From Schmidtea polychroa (taxonomy: Eukaryota): a stretch of DNA of 63,852 nucleotides. The notes below the pieces were generated by a model that had not been told where the DNA came from, searched no databases, and worked only from the letters and a program-made list of their open reading frames with translations. Positions 15,101-30,100 of this stretch are shown piece after piece. Made by a program: the position numbers and the translations under genes. The DNA lies in assembly GCA_044892525.1 (NCBI GenBank), contig CM097885.1:247256001-247319852 (forward strand), read 5' to 3'. Each line of letters opens with the position of its first letter. Within the stretch, counting starts at the first letter, position 1.

Positions 15101-18100
15101 TTGGTGTTGTTCCACTTGTGGCAGTTTCTAATGTTGATGATATTGGTGATACGATCGAAGTAGTTCCAGATATTAATGATGTTGTGCTTTCTGTTGAAGA
15201 TGTCGTTGATGAGAGTGAACTAGATGTTGATGCTGGTCCCATAGTGTAAGTCGATATAGTGGATTCTGTCGAGGAAGTTGGGGTTGTTCCACTTGTGGCA
15301 GTTTCTAATGTTGATGATGTTGGTGATACGATCGAAGTAGTTCCAGATATTAATGATGTTGTTCTTTCTGTGGAAGATGTCGTTGATGAGAGTGAACTAG
15401 ATGTTGATGCTGGTCCCATAGTGTAAGTCGATATAGTGGATTCTGTCGAGGAAGTTGGTGTTGTTCCACTTGTGGCAGTTTCTAATGTTGATGATGTTGG
15501 TGATACGATCGAAGTAGTTCCTGATATTAATGATGTTGTTCTTTCTGTGGAAGATGTCGTTGATGAGAGTGAACTAGATGTTGATGCTGGTCCCATAGTG
15601 TAAGTCGATATAGTGGATTCTGTCGAGGAAGTTGGTGTTGTTCCACTTGTGGCAGTTTCTAATGTTGATGATGTTGGTGATACGATGGAAGTAGTTCCTG
15701 ATATTAATGATGTTGTGCTTTCTGTTGAAGATGTCGTTGATGAGAGTGAACTAGGTGTTGATGCTGGTCCCATAGTGAAAGTCGATATAGTGGATTCTGT
15801 CGAGGAAGTTGGTATTGTTCCACTTGTGGCAGTTTCTAATGTTGATGATATTGGTGATACGATCGAAGTAGTTCCTGATATTAAAGATGTTGTGCTTTCT
15901 GTTGAAGATGTCGTTGATGAGAGTGAACTAGATGTTGATGCTGGTCCCATAGTGTAAGTCGATATAGTGGATTCTGTCGAGGAAGTTGGTGTTGTTCCAC
16001 TTGTGGCAGTTTCTAATGTTGATGATATTGGTGGTACAATGGAAGTAGTTCCTGATATTAATGATGTTGTTCTTTCTGTGGAAGATGTCGTTGATGATAG
16101 TGAACTAGATGTTGATGCTGGTCCCATAGTGTAAGTCGATATAGTGGATTCTGTCGAGGAAGTTGGTGTTGTTCCACTTGTGGCAGTTTCTAATGTTGAT
16201 GATGTTGGTGATACGATGGAAGTAGTTCCAGATATTAATGATGTTGTTCTTTCTGTGGAAGATGTCGTTGATGAGAGTGAACTAGGTGTTGATGCTGGTC
16301 CCATAGTGTAAGTCGATATAGTGGATTCTGTCGAGGAAGTTGGTGTTGTTCCACTTGTGGCAGTTTCTAATGTTGATGATATTGGTGATACGATCGAAGT
16401 AGTTCCTGATATTAATGATGTTGTTCTTTCTGTGGAAGATGTCGTTGATGAGAGTGAACTAGATGTTGATGCTGGTCCCATAGTGTAAGTCGATATAGTG
16501 GATTCTGTCGAGGAAGTTGGTGTTGTTCCACTTGTGGCAGTTTCTAATGTTGATGATGTTGGTGATACGATGGAAGTAGTTCCTGATATTAATGATGTTG
16601 TGCTTTCTGTTGAAGATGTCGTTGATGAGAGTGAACTAGATGTTGATGCTGGTCCCATAGTGAAAGTCGATATAGTGGATTCTGTCGAGGAAGTTGGTAT
16701 TGTTCCACTTGTGGCAGTTTCTAATGTTGATGATATTGGTGATACGATCGAAGTAGTTCCTGATATTAAAGATGTTGTGCTTTCTGTTGAAGATGTCGTT
16801 GATGAGAGTGAACTAGATGTTGATGCTGGTCCCATAGTGTAAGTCGATATAGTGGATTCTGTCGAGGAAGTTGGTGTTGTTCCACTTGTGGCAGTTTCTA
16901 ATGTTGATGATATTGGTGGTACAATGGAAGTAGTTCCTGATATTAATGATGTTGTTCTTTCTGTGGAAGATGTCGTTGATGATAGTGAACTAGATGTTGA
17001 TGCTGGTCCCATAGTGTAAGTCGATATAGTGGATTCTGTCGAGGAAGTTGGTGTTGTTCCACTTGTGGCAGTTTCTAATGTTGATGATATTGGTGATACG
17101 ATGGAAGTAGTTCCTGATATTAATGATGTTGTTCTTTCTGTGGAAGATGTCGTTGATGAGAGTGAACTAGATGTTGATGCTGGTCCCATAGTGTAAGTCG
17201 ATATAGTGGATTCTGTCGAGGAAATTGGTGTTGTTCCACTTGTGGCAGTTTCTAATGTTGATGATATTGGTGATACAATGGAAGTAGTTCCTGATAGTAA
17301 TGATGTTGTTCTTTCTGTGGAAGATGTCGTTGATGAGAGTGAACTAGGTGATGATGCTGGAACCATAGTGTAAGTCGATATAGTGGATTCTGTCGAGGAA
17401 GTTGGTGTTGTTCCACTTGTGGCAGTTTCTAATGTTGATGATATTGGTGATACAATGGAAGTAGTTCCTGATAGTAATGATGTTGTTCTTTTTGTGGAAG
17501 ATGTCGTTGATGAGAGTGAACTAGGTGATGATGCTGGAACCATAGTGTAAGTCGATATAGTGGATTCTGTCGAGGAAGTTGGTGTTGTTCCACTTGTGGC
17601 AGTTTCTAATGTTGATGATATTGGTGGTACAATGGAAGTAGTTCCTGATATTAATGATGTTGTTCTTTCTGTGGAAGATGTCGTTGATGATAGTGAACTA
17701 GATGTTGATGCTGGTCCCATAGTGTAAGTCGATATAGTGGATTCTGTCGAGGAAGTTGGTGTTGTTCCACTTGTGGCAGTTTCTAATGTTGATGATGTTG
17801 GTGATACGATGGAAGTAGTTCCAGATATTAATGATGTTGTTCTTTCTGTGGAAGATGTCGTTGATGAGAGTGAACTAGGTGTTGATGCTGGTCCCATAGT
17901 GTAAGTCGATATAGTGGATTCTGTCGAGGAAGTTGGTGTTGTTCCACTTGTGGCAGTTTCTAATGTTGATGATATTGGTGATACGATCGAAGTAGTTCCA
18001 GATATTAATGATTTTGTGCTTTTTGTTGAAGATGACGTTGATGAGAGTGAACTAGATGTTGATGCTGGTCCCATAGTGAAAGTCGATATAGTGGATTCTG

Positions 18101-21100
18101 TCGAGGAAGTTGGTGTTGTTCCACTTGTGGCAGTTTCTAATGTTGATGATGTTGGTGATACGATGGAAGTAGTTCCTGATATTAATGATGTTGTGCTTTC
18201 TGTTGAAGATGTCGTTGATGAGAGTGAACTAGATGTTGATGCTGGTCCCATAGTGAAAGTCGATATAGTGGATTCTGTCGAGGAAGTTAGTATTGTTCCA
18301 CTTGTGGCAGTTTCTAATGTTGATGATATTGGTGATACGATCGAAGTAGTTCCCGATATTAAAGATGTTGTGCTTTCTGTTGAAGATGTCGTTGATGAGA
18401 GTGAACTAGATGTTGATGCTGGTCCCATAGTGTAAGTCGATATAGTGGATTCTGTCGAGGAAGTTGGTGTTGTTCCACTTGTGGCAGTTTCTAATGTTGA
18501 TGATATTGGTGGTACAATGGAAGTAGTTCCTGATATTAATGATGTTGTTCTTTCTGTGGAAGATGTCGTTGATGATAGTGAACTAGATGTTGATGCTGGT
18601 CCCATAGTGTAAGTCGATATAGTGGATTCTTTCGAGGAAGTTGGTGTTGTTCCACTTGTGGCAGTTTCTAATGTTGATGATATTGGTGATACGATGGAAG
18701 TAGTTCCTGATATTAATGATGTTGTTCTTTCTGTGGAAGATGTCGTTGATGAGAGTGAACTAGATGTTGATGCTGGTCCCATAGTGTAAGTCGATATAGT
18801 GGATTCTGTCGAGGAAATTGGTGTTGTTCCACTTGTGGCAGTTTCTAATTTTGATGATATTGGTGATACAATGGAAGTAGTTCCTGATAGTAATGATGTT
18901 GTTCTTTCTGTGGAAGATGTCGTTGATGAGAGTGAACTTGGTGATGATGCTGGAACCATAGTGTAAGTCGATATAGTGGATTCTGTCGAGGAAGTTGGTG
19001 TTGTTCCACTTGTGGCAGTTTCTAATGTTGATGATATTGGTGATACGATCGAAGTAGTTCCAGATATTAATGATGTTGGGCTTTCTGTTGAAGATGTCGT
19101 TGATGAGAGTGAACTAGATGTTGATGCTGGTCCCATAGTGTAAGTCGATATAGTGGATTCTGTCGAGGAAGTTGGGGTTGTTCCACTTGTGGCAGTTTCT
19201 AATGTTGATGATATTGGTGATACGATCGAAGTAGTTCCAGATATTAATGATGTTGTGCTTTCTTTTGAAGATGTCGTTGATGAGAGTGAACTAGATGTTG
19301 ATGCTGGTCCCATAGTGTAAGTCGATATAGTGGATTCTGTCGAGGAAGTTGGTGTTGTTCCACTTGTGGCAGTTTCTAATGTTGATGATATTGGTGATAC
19401 GATCGAAGTAGTTCCTGATATTAATGATGTTGTGCTTTCTGTTGAAGATGTTGATGAGAGTGAACTAGGTGTTGATGCTGGTCCCATAGTGTATGTCGAT
19501 ATAGTGGATTCTGTCGAGGAAGTTGGTGTTGTTCTACTTGTGGCAGTTTCTAATGTTGATGATATTGGTGATACAATGGAAGTAGTTCCTGATATTAATG
19601 ATGTTGTTCTTTCTGTGGAAGATGTTGTTGATGACAGTGAACTTGATGTTGATGCTGGTCCCATAGTGTAAGTCGATATAGTGGATTCTGTCGAGGAAGT
19701 TGGTGTTGTTCCACTTGTGGCAGTTTCTAATGTTGATGATGTTGGTGATACGATGGAAGTAGTTCCTGATATTAATGATGTTGTGCTTTCTGTTGAAGAT
19801 GTTGTTGATGAGATTGAACTCGATGTTGATGCTGGTCCCATAGAGTAAGTCGATATAGTGGATTCTGTCGAGGAAGTTGGTGTTGTTCCACTTGTGGCAG
19901 TTTCTAATGTTGATGATATTGGTGATACAATGGAAGTAGTTCCTGATATTAATGATGTTGTGCTTTCTGTTGAAGATGTTGATGAGAGTGAACTAGATGT
20001 TGATGCTGGTCCCATAGTGTAAGTCGATATAGTGGATTCTGTCGAGGAAGTTGGTGTTGTTCCACTTGTGGCAGTTTCTAATGTTGATGATATTGGTGAT
20101 ACGATGGAAGTAGTTCCTGATATTAATGATTTTGTGCTTTCTGTTGAAGATGTTGATGAGAGTGAACTTGATGTTGATGCTGGTCCCATAGTGTATGTCG
20201 ATATAGTGGATTCTGTCGAGGAAGTTGGTGTTGTTCCACTTGTGGCAGTTTCTAATGTTGATGATATTGGTGGTACAATGGAAGTAGTTCCTGATATTAA
20301 TGATGTTGTTCTTTCTGTGGAAGATGTCGTTGATGAGAGTGAACTCGATGTTGATGCTGGTCCCATAGTGTAAGTCGATATAGTGGATTCTGTCGAGGAA
20401 GTTGGTGTTGTTCCACTTGTGGCAGTTTCTAATGTTGATGATATTGGTGATACAAGGGAAGTAGTTCCTGATATTAATGATGTTGTTTTTTCTGTGGAAG
20501 ATGTCGTTGATGAGAGTGAAGTCGATGTTGATGCTGGTCCCATAGTGTAAGTCGATATAGTGGATTCTGTCGAGGAAGTTGGTGTTGTTCCACTTGTGGC
20601 AGTTTCTAATGTTGATGATATTGGTGATACGATCGAAGTAGTTCCTGATATTAATGATGTTGTACTTTTTGTCGAAGATGTTGTTGATGAATGTGAACTA
20701 GATGTTGATGCTGGTCCCATAGTGTAAGTCGATATAGTGGATTCTGTCGAGGAAGTTGGTGTTGTTCCACTTGTGGCAGTTTCTATTGTTGATGATATTG
20801 GTGATACGATCGAAGTAGTTCCTGATATTAATGATGTTGTGCTTTCTGTTGAAGATGTTGTTGATGAGAATGAACTAGATGTTGATGCTGGTCCCATAGT
20901 GTAAGTCGATATAGTGGATTCTGTCGAGGAAGCTGATGTTCCACTTGTGGCAGTTTCTAATGTTGATGTTGTTGGTGATACGACAGAAGTAATTGAAGAT
21001 AATGAAGTTGTAACTTTTTTCGGAGTAAAGCAACCAATGACCTCTAAACGGACTGCTACTGTTGGATTGGTTCCATCTCTAATTAAGACAAGAGTTATAT

Positions 21101-24100
21101 ATTTGTTTATGAAATTGAATTTTAATTAATGATTTTTTGAAATAATAGATAAATATTATAATTTCATCACTTTAGAAAATATTTAGATAACTGAAACTTA
21201 CTCGTTTTCAAGAATTGTAATAGTGATTTCTAAATTGGTGATTTGAGAACCTGGATTTACTTTTGGCGAATTCAAGTAATCCAATAACTTTGCAGAGTCT
21301 GCTAGATCTGTGCCTAATATTACTACATTCGATGTATCGCCATTGTCGAATGTGACTGTGAATTCTGTAGTTAGAACCTTTGTAGTATTGTCTATTCCAA
21401 TATTGACCTCATTGATTGGTGGTGTCTGTGTTGCTGAAGATGAATTTTATTGAATTATTTGGTATTTTCAAGATAAGAAATAAATTTACCTTGTTTATTC
21501 AGATCTACTTGAATTTGAATTATTTGACCAGTAGTTGTTAAACCTTGGGCCGTTCCAAGTTTTTCATTTGATTCTATAGGTAACTGTTTATTATCGACAA
21601 TAACTGTGATGTCAGATGGTTGAATAATCTATTGAAAATGAGTAAAGTTAAATTTTGCATAAGATATTTTAATGTAAGTTACATTTTTGTCTTTCATTCC
21701 GTCTTGATTAAAACATTGTATAGGGACTGTTGTGGTCAGTGTTGTTGTTTCATTTAATGGTCGTGGTGTAGAAGGCCTTGTTGGTATCTTTTTTGTTGTT
21801 GTTGTTTCTGATGTCAAAATAATTTCAGTTACTTCTGTTATCATAGGTGTTTTTTCCTGTGTTGAAGTTCCTAGACAATTTAGAAATTTTGTTTGGTCCT
21901 TTAAAACTATATACTTTTACAACTTATTGGTTCGTCAAGGTTTGGATTTTTACAGTCCGCAATATTATCACAGTTTTTGGCACAGATCATATTTCCTGTA
22001 ATATCTTCACAAAATGTTTCTTCATTATTGCAAAATTGTGTTGTCAATAGGGTTTTTTCTATTGTTGTTGTCAATAATTCTGTATTCATGGTTGTAGCCG
22101 ATATTTTAGTTGCAAATGTCGTAGTTGTTGATAGTGAAGTTGTTACTTCTTTCGGAGTAAAGCAACCAATGACCTCTAAGCGAACAACTATTGTTGGATT
22201 GGAGTCATCGCTAAATGAGACAAGAGTTATAAATTTGTTTAGGAAATCAAATAATTTGATTGAAATTTTGAAACATTATATAAATTTTGAAAACTGTTAT
22301 TTAACTCAAACTTACGGGTTTCGAGTAGTTGTAATAGTAATTTCTATACTGTCGATTTTAGATCCTGGATTTACTTTTGGAGAATTCAAGTAATCCAATA
22401 ATTTTGGAGAGTCTTGTAGATCTTTGCCAGATTTTAATACTTTCGATATATCGCCATTTTCCAATTTGACTTTCAATTCTGCAACTAGAACCTTTGTAGC
22501 ATTGTCTACGAAAATATTGACCTCATTGATTGCTGCTGTCTGTGTTTCTAAAAATGAATTTTATTGAATAATTTAATATTTTCAAAATGAGATTTGAATT
22601 TACCATTTTTAGTCGGATTTACTTCAAAAACAACTACTGAACCAGTAATGGTTAAACCTTTGGTCGTTCCAAGTTGTTCATTTGACTCTGTAGGTAGTGG
22701 TTTATTATCGACAGTAATTGTGATGTCAGATGGTTGAATAGTCTAATATAAGTACGAGAAGTTAAAATCCACATGGAATATTAGAATTTAAGTTACATTT
22801 TTCTCTGTCATTCCGTCTTTAATTAAACATGGTATTGGAGTTGTTGTTGTTTGTGTTGGTGTTGTTGTAGCTGATGTTGTGGTTGCAGATGTCGTAGTTG
22901 TTGATAGTGAAGTTGTTACTTCTTTCGGAGTAAAGCAACCAATGACCTCTAAGCGAACAACTATTGTTGGATTGGAGTCATCGCTAAATGAGACAAGAGT
23001 TATAAATTTGTTTAGGAAATCAAATAATTTGATTGAAATTTTGAAACATTATATAAATTTTGAAAACTGTTATTTAACTCAAACTTACGGGTTTCGAGTA
23101 GTTGTAATAGTAATTTCTATACTGTCGATTTTAGATCCTGGATTTACTTTTGGAGAATTCAAGTAATCCAATAATTTTGGAGAGTCTTGTAGATCTTTGC
23201 CAGATTTTAATACTTTCGATATATCGCCATTTTCCAATTTGACTTTCAATTCTGCAACTAGAACCTTTGTAGCATTGTCTACGAAAATATTGACCTCATT
23301 GATTGCTGCTGTCTGTGTTTCTAAAAATGAATTTTATTGAATAATTTAATATTTTCAAAATGAGATTTGAATTTACCATTTTTAGTCGGATTTACTTCAA
23401 AAACAACTACTGAACCAGTAATGGTTAAACCTTTGGTCGTTCCAAGTTGTTCATTTGACTCTGTAGGTAGTGGTTTATTATCGACAGTAATTGTGATGTC
23501 AGATGGTTGAATAGTCTAATATAAGTACGAGAAGTTAAAATCCACATGGAATATTAGAATTTAAGTTACATTTTTCTCTGTCATTCCGTCTTTAATTAAA
23601 CATGGTATTGGAGTTGTTGTTGTTTGTGTTGGTGTTGTTGTAGCTGATGTTGTGGTTGCAGATGTCGTAGTTGTTGATAGTGAAGTTGTTACTTCTTTCG
23701 GAGTAAAGCAACCAATGACCTCTAAGCGAACAACTATTGTTGGATTGGAGTCATCGCTAAATGAGACAAGAGTTATAAATTTGTTTAGGAAATCAAATAA
23801 TTTGATTGAAATTTTGAAACATTATATAAATTTTGAAAACTGTTATTTAACTCAAACTTACGGGTTTCGAGTAGTTGTAATAGTAATTTCTATACTGTCG
23901 ATTTTAGATCCTGGATTTACTTTTGGAGAATTCAAGTAATCCAATAATTTTGGAGAGTCTTGTAGATCTTTGCCAGATTTTAATACTTTCGATATATCGC
24001 CATTTTCCAATTTGACTTTCAATTCTGCAACTAGAACCTTTGTAGCATTGTCTACGAAAATATTGACCTCATTGATTGCTGCTGTCTGTGTTTCTAAAAA

Positions 24101-27100
24101 TGAATTTTATTGAATAATTTAATATTTTCAAAATGAGATTTGAATTTACCATTTTTAGTCGGATTTACTTCAAAAACAACTACTGAACCAGTAATGGTTA
24201 AACCTTTGGTCGTTCCAAGTTGTTCATTTGACTCTGTAGGTAGTGGTTTATTATCGACAGTAATTGTGATGTCAGATGGTTGAATAGTCTAATATAAGTA
24301 CGAGAAGTTAAAATCCACATGGAATATTAGAATTTAAGTTACATTTTTCTCTGTCATTCCGTCTTTAATTAAACATGGTATTGGAGTTGTTGTTGTTTGT
24401 GTTGGTGTTGTTGTAGCTGATGTTGTGGTTGCAGATGTCGTAGTTGTTGATAGTGAAGTTGTTACTTCTTTCGGAGTAAAGCAACCAATGACCTCTAAGC
24501 GAACAACTATTGTTGGATTGGAGTCATCGCTAAATGAGACAAGAGTTATAAATTTGTTTAGGAAATCAAATAATTTGATTGAAATTTTGAAACATTATAT
24601 AAATTTTGAAAACTGTTATTTAACTCAAACTTACGGGTTTCGAGTAGTTGTAATAGTAATTTCTATACTGTCGATTTTAGATCCTGGATTTACTTTTGGA
24701 GAATTCAAGTAATCCAATAATTTTGGAGAGTCTTGTAGATCTTTGCCAGATTTTAATACTTTCGATATATCGCCATTTTCCAATTTGACTTTCAATTCTG
24801 CAACTAGAACCTTTGTAGCATTGTCTACGAAAATATTGACCTCATTGATTGCTGCTGTCTGTGTTTCTAAAAATGAATTTTATTGAATAATTTAATATTT
24901 TCAAAATGAGATTTGAATTTACCATTTTTAGTCGGATTTACTTCAAAAACAACTACTGAACCAGTAATGGTTAAACCTTTGGTCGTTCCAAGTTGTTCAT
25001 TTGACTCTGTAGGTAGTGGTTTATTATCGACAGTAATTGTGATGTCAGATGGTTGAATAGTCTAATATAAGTACGAGAAGTTAAAATCCACATGGAATAT
25101 TAGAATTTAAGTTACATTTTTCTCTGTCATTCCGTCTTTAATTAAACATGGTATTGGAGTTGTTGTTGTTGTCGGTGTTATCGTTGTTATTGTTTGTGTT
25201 GGTGTTGTTGTAGCTGATGTTGTGGTTGCAGATGTCGTAGTTGTTGATAGTGAAGTTGTTACTTCTTTCGGAGTAAAGCAACCAATGACCTCTAAGCGAA
25301 CAACTATTGTTGGATTGGAGTCATCGCTAAATGAGACAAGAGTTATAAATTTGTTTAGGAAATCAAATAATTTGATTGAAATTTTGAAACATTATATAAA
25401 TTTTGAAAACTGTTATTTAACTCAAACTTACGGGTTTCGAGTAGTTGTAATAGTAATTTCTATACTGTCGATTTTAGATCCTGGATTTACTTTTGGAGAA
25501 TTCAAGTAATCCAATAATTTTGGAGAGTCTTGTAGATCTTTGCCAGATTTTAATACTTTCGATATATCGCCATTTTCCAATTTGACTTTCAATTCTGCAA
25601 CTAGAACCTTTGTAGCATTGTCTACGAAAATATTGACCTCATTGATTGCTGCTGTCTGTGTTTCTAAAAATGAATTTTATTGAATAATTTAATATTTTCA
25701 AAATGAGATTTGAATTTACCATTTTTAGTCGGATTTACTTCAAAAACAACTACTGAACCAGTAATGGTTAAACCTTTGGTCGTTCCAAGTTGTTCATTTG
25801 ACTCTGTAGGTAGTGGTTTATTATCGACAGTAATTGTGATGTCAGATGGTTGAATAGTCTAATATAAGTACGAGAAGTTAAAATCCACATGGAATATTAG
25901 AATTTAAGTTACATTTTTCTCTGTCATTCCGTCTTTAATTAAACATGGTATTGGAGTTGTTGTTGTTTGTGTTGGTGTTGTTGTAGCTGATGTTGTGGTT
26001 GCAGATGTCGTAGTTGTTGATAGTGAAGTTGTTACTTCTTTCGGAGTAAAGCAACCAATGACCTCTAAGCGAACAACTATTGTTGGATTGGAGTCATCGC
26101 TAAATGAGACAAGAGTTATAAATTTGTTTAGGAAATCAAATAATTTGATTGAAATTTTGAAACATTATATAAATTTTGAAAACTGTTATTTAACTCAAAC
26201 TTACGGGTTTCGAGTAGTTGTAATAGTAATTTCTATACTGTCGATTTTAGATCCTGGATTTACTTTTGGAGAATTCAAGTAATCCAATAATTTTGGAGAG
26301 TCTTGTAGATCTTTGCCAGATTTTAATACTTTCGATATATCGCCATTTTCCAATTTGACTTTCAATTCTGCAACTAGAACCTTTGTAGCATTGTCTACGA
26401 AAATATTGACCTCATTGATTGCTGCTGTCTGTGTTTCTAAAAATGAATTTTATTGAATAATTTAATATTTTCTAAATGAGATTTGAATTTACCATTTTTA
26501 GTCGGATTTACTTCAAAAACAACTACTGAACCAGTAATGGTTAAACCTTTGGTCGTTCCAAGTTGTTCATTTGACTCTGTAGGTAGTGGTTTATTATCGA
26601 CAGTAATTGTGATGTCAGATGGTTGAATAGTCTAATATAAGTACGAGAAGTTAAAATCCACATGGAATATTAGAATTTAAGTTACATTTTTCTCTGTCAT
26701 TCCGTCTTTAATTAAACATGGTATTGGAGTTGTTGTTGTTGTCGGTGTTATCGTTGTTATTGTTTGTGTTGGTGTTGTTGTAGCTGATGTTGTGGTTGCA
26801 GATGTCGTAGTTGTTGATAGTGAAGTTGTTACTTCTTTCGGAATAAAGCAACCAATGACCTCTAAGCGAACAACTATTGTTGGATTGGAGTCATCGCTAA
26901 ATGAGACAAGAGTTATAAATTTGTTTAGGAAATCAAATAATTTGATTGAAATTTTGAAACATTATATAAATTTTGAAAACTGTTATTTAACTCAAACTTA
27001 CGGGTTTCGAGTAGTTGTAATAGTAATTTCTATACTGTCGATTTTAGATCCTGGATTTACTTTTGGAGAATTCAAGTAATCCAATAATTTTGGAGAGTCT

Positions 27101-30100
27101 TGTAGATCTTTGCCAGATTTTAATACTTTCGATATATCGCCATTTTCCAATTTGACTTTCAATTCTGCAACTAGAACCTTTGTAGCATTGTCTACGAAAA
27201 TATTGACCTCATTGATTGCTGCTGTCTGTGTTTCTAAAAATGAATTTTATTGAATAATTTAATATTTTCAAAATGAGATTTGAATTTACCATTTTTAGTC
27301 GGATTTACTTCAAAAACAACTACTGAACCAGTAATGGTTAAACCTTTGGTCGTTCCAAGTTGTTCATTTGACTCTGTAGGTAGTGGTTTATTATCGACAG
27401 TAATTGTGATGTCAGATGGTTGAATAGTCTAATATAAGTACGAGAAGTTAAAATCCACATGGAATATTAGAATTTAAGTTACATTTTTCTCTGTCATTCC
27501 GTCTTTAATTAAACATGGTATTGGAGTTGTTGTTGTTTGTGTTGGTGTTGTTGTAGCTGATGTTGTGGTTGCAGATGTCGTAGTTGTTGATAGTGAAGTT
27601 GTTACTTCTTTCGGAGTAAAGCAACCAATGACCTCTAAGCGAACAACTATTGTTGGATTGGAGTCATCGCTAAATGAGACAAGAGTTATAAATTTGTTTA
27701 GGAAATCAAATAATTTGATTGAAATTTTGAAACATTATATAAATTTTGAAAACTGTTATGTAACTCAAACTTACGGGTTTCGAGTAGTTGTAATAGTAAT
27801 TTCTATACTGTCGATTTTAGATCCTGGATTTACTTTTGGAGAATTCAAGTAATCCAATAATTTTGGAGAGTCTTGTAGATCTTTGCCAGATTTTAATACT
27901 TTCGATATATCGCCATTTTCCAATTTGACTTTCAATTCTGCAACTAGAACCTTTGTAGCATTGTCTACGAAAATATTGACCTCATTGATTGCTGCTGTCT
28001 GTGTTTCTAAAAATGAATTTTATTGAATAATTTAATATTTTCAAAATGAGATTTGAATTTACCATTTTTAGTCGGATTTACTTCAAAAACAACTACTGAA
28101 CCAGTAATGGTTAAACCTTTGGTCGTTCCAAGTTGTTCATTTGACTCTGTAGGTAGTGGTTTATTATCGACAGTAATTGTGATGTCAGATGGTTGAATAG
28201 TCTAATATAAGTACGAGAAGTTAAAATCCACATGGAATATTAGAATTTAAGTTACATTTTTCTCTGTCATTCCGTCTTTAATTAAACATGGTATTGGAGT
28301 TGTTGTTGTTGTCGGTGTTATCGTTGTTATTGTTTGTGTTGGTGTTGTTGTAGCTGATGTTGTGGTTGCAGATGTCGTAGTTGTTGATAGTGAAGTTGTT
28401 ACTTCTTTCGAAGTAAAGCAACCAATGACCTCTAAGCGAACAACTATTGTTGGATTGGAGTCATCGCTAAATGAGACAAGAGTTATAAATTTGTTTAGGA
28501 AATCAAATAATTTGATTGAAATTTTGAAACATTATATAAATTTTGAAAACTGTTATTTAACTCAAACTTACGGGTTTCGAGTAGTTGTAATAGTAATTTC
28601 TATACTGTCGATTTTAGATCCTGGATTTACTTTTGGAGAATTCAAGTAATCCAATAATTTTGGAGAGTCTTGTAGATCTTTGCCAGATTTTAATACTTTC
28701 GATATATCGCCATTTTCCAATTTGACTTTCAATTCTGCAACTAGAACCTTTGTAGCATTGTCTACGAAAATATTGACCTCATTGATTGCTGCTGTCTGTG
28801 TTTCTAAAAATGAATTTTATTGAATAATTTAATATTTTCAAAATGAGATTTGAATTTACCATTTTTAGTCGGATTTACTTCAAAAACAAATACTGATCCA
28901 GTAATGGTTAAACCTTTGGTCGTTCCAAGTTGTTCATTTGACTCTGTAGGTAGTGGTTTATTATCGACAGTAATTGTGATGTCAGATGGTTGAATAGTCT
29001 AATATAAGTACGAGAAGTTAAAATCCACATGGAATATTAGAATTTAAGTTACATTTTTCTCTGTCATTCCGTCTTTAATTAAACATGGTATTGGAGTTGT
29101 TGTTGTTTGTGTTGGTGTTGTTGTAGCTGATGTTGTGGTTGCAGATGTCGTAGTTGTTGATAGTGAAGTTGTTACTTCTTTCGGAGTAAAGCAACCAATG
29201 ACCTCTAAGCGAACAACTATTGTTGGATTGGAGTCATCGCTAAATGAGACAAGAGTTATAAATTTGTTTAGGAAATCAAATAATTTGATTGAAATTTTGA
29301 AACATTATATAAATTTTGAAAACTGTTATTTAACTCAAACTTACGGGTTTCGAGTAGTTGTAATAGTAATTTCTATACTGTCGATTTTAGATCCTGGATT
29401 TACTTTTGGAGAATTCAAGTAATCCAATAATTTTGGAGAGTCTTGTAGATCTTTGCCAGATTTTAATACTTTCGATATATCGCCATTTTCCAATTTGACT
29501 TTCAATTCTGCAACTAGAACCTTTGTAGCATTGTCTACGAAAATATTGACCTCATTGATTGCTGCTGTCTGTGTTTCTAAAAATGAATTTTATTGAATAA
29601 TTTAATATTTTCAAAATGAGATTTGAATTTACCATTTTTAGTCGGATTTACTTCAAAAACAACTACTGATCCAGTAATGGTTAAACCTTTGGTCGTTCCA
29701 AGTTGTTCATTTGACTCTGTAGGTAGTGGTTTATTATCGACAGTAATTGTGATGTCAGATGGTTGAATAGTCTAATATAAGTACGAGAAGTTAAAATCCA
29801 CATGGAATATTAGAATTTAAGTTACATTTTTCTCTGTCATTCCGTCTTTAATTAAACATGGTATTGGAGTTGTTGTTGTTGTCGGTGTTATCGTTGTTAT
29901 TGTTTGTGTTGGTGTTGTTGTAGCTGATGTTGTGGTTGCAGATGTCGTAGTTGTTGATAGTGAAGTTGTTACTTCTTTCGGAGTAAAGCAACCAATGACC
30001 TCTAAGCGAACAACTATTGTTGGATTGGAGTCATCGCTAAATGAGACAAGAGTTATAAATTTGTTTAGGAAATCAAATAATTTGATTGAAATTTTGAAAC

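Noticed and set aside
1090-20897. The PTS ORFs and 81-aa ORFs as separate single-exon genes
   Set aside because: Their starts and VIRLLL-stop or QNM-stop ends are read-through into introns. GT/AG sites with matching phases join them into one frame.
1043-21129. Plus-strand Val/Asp/Glu-rich ORFs (113-173 aa) over the 177-bp repeats
   Set aside because: Reverse complements of Thr/Ser codons. They extend only where a Tyr codon on the coding strand mutates and removes the antisense TAA.
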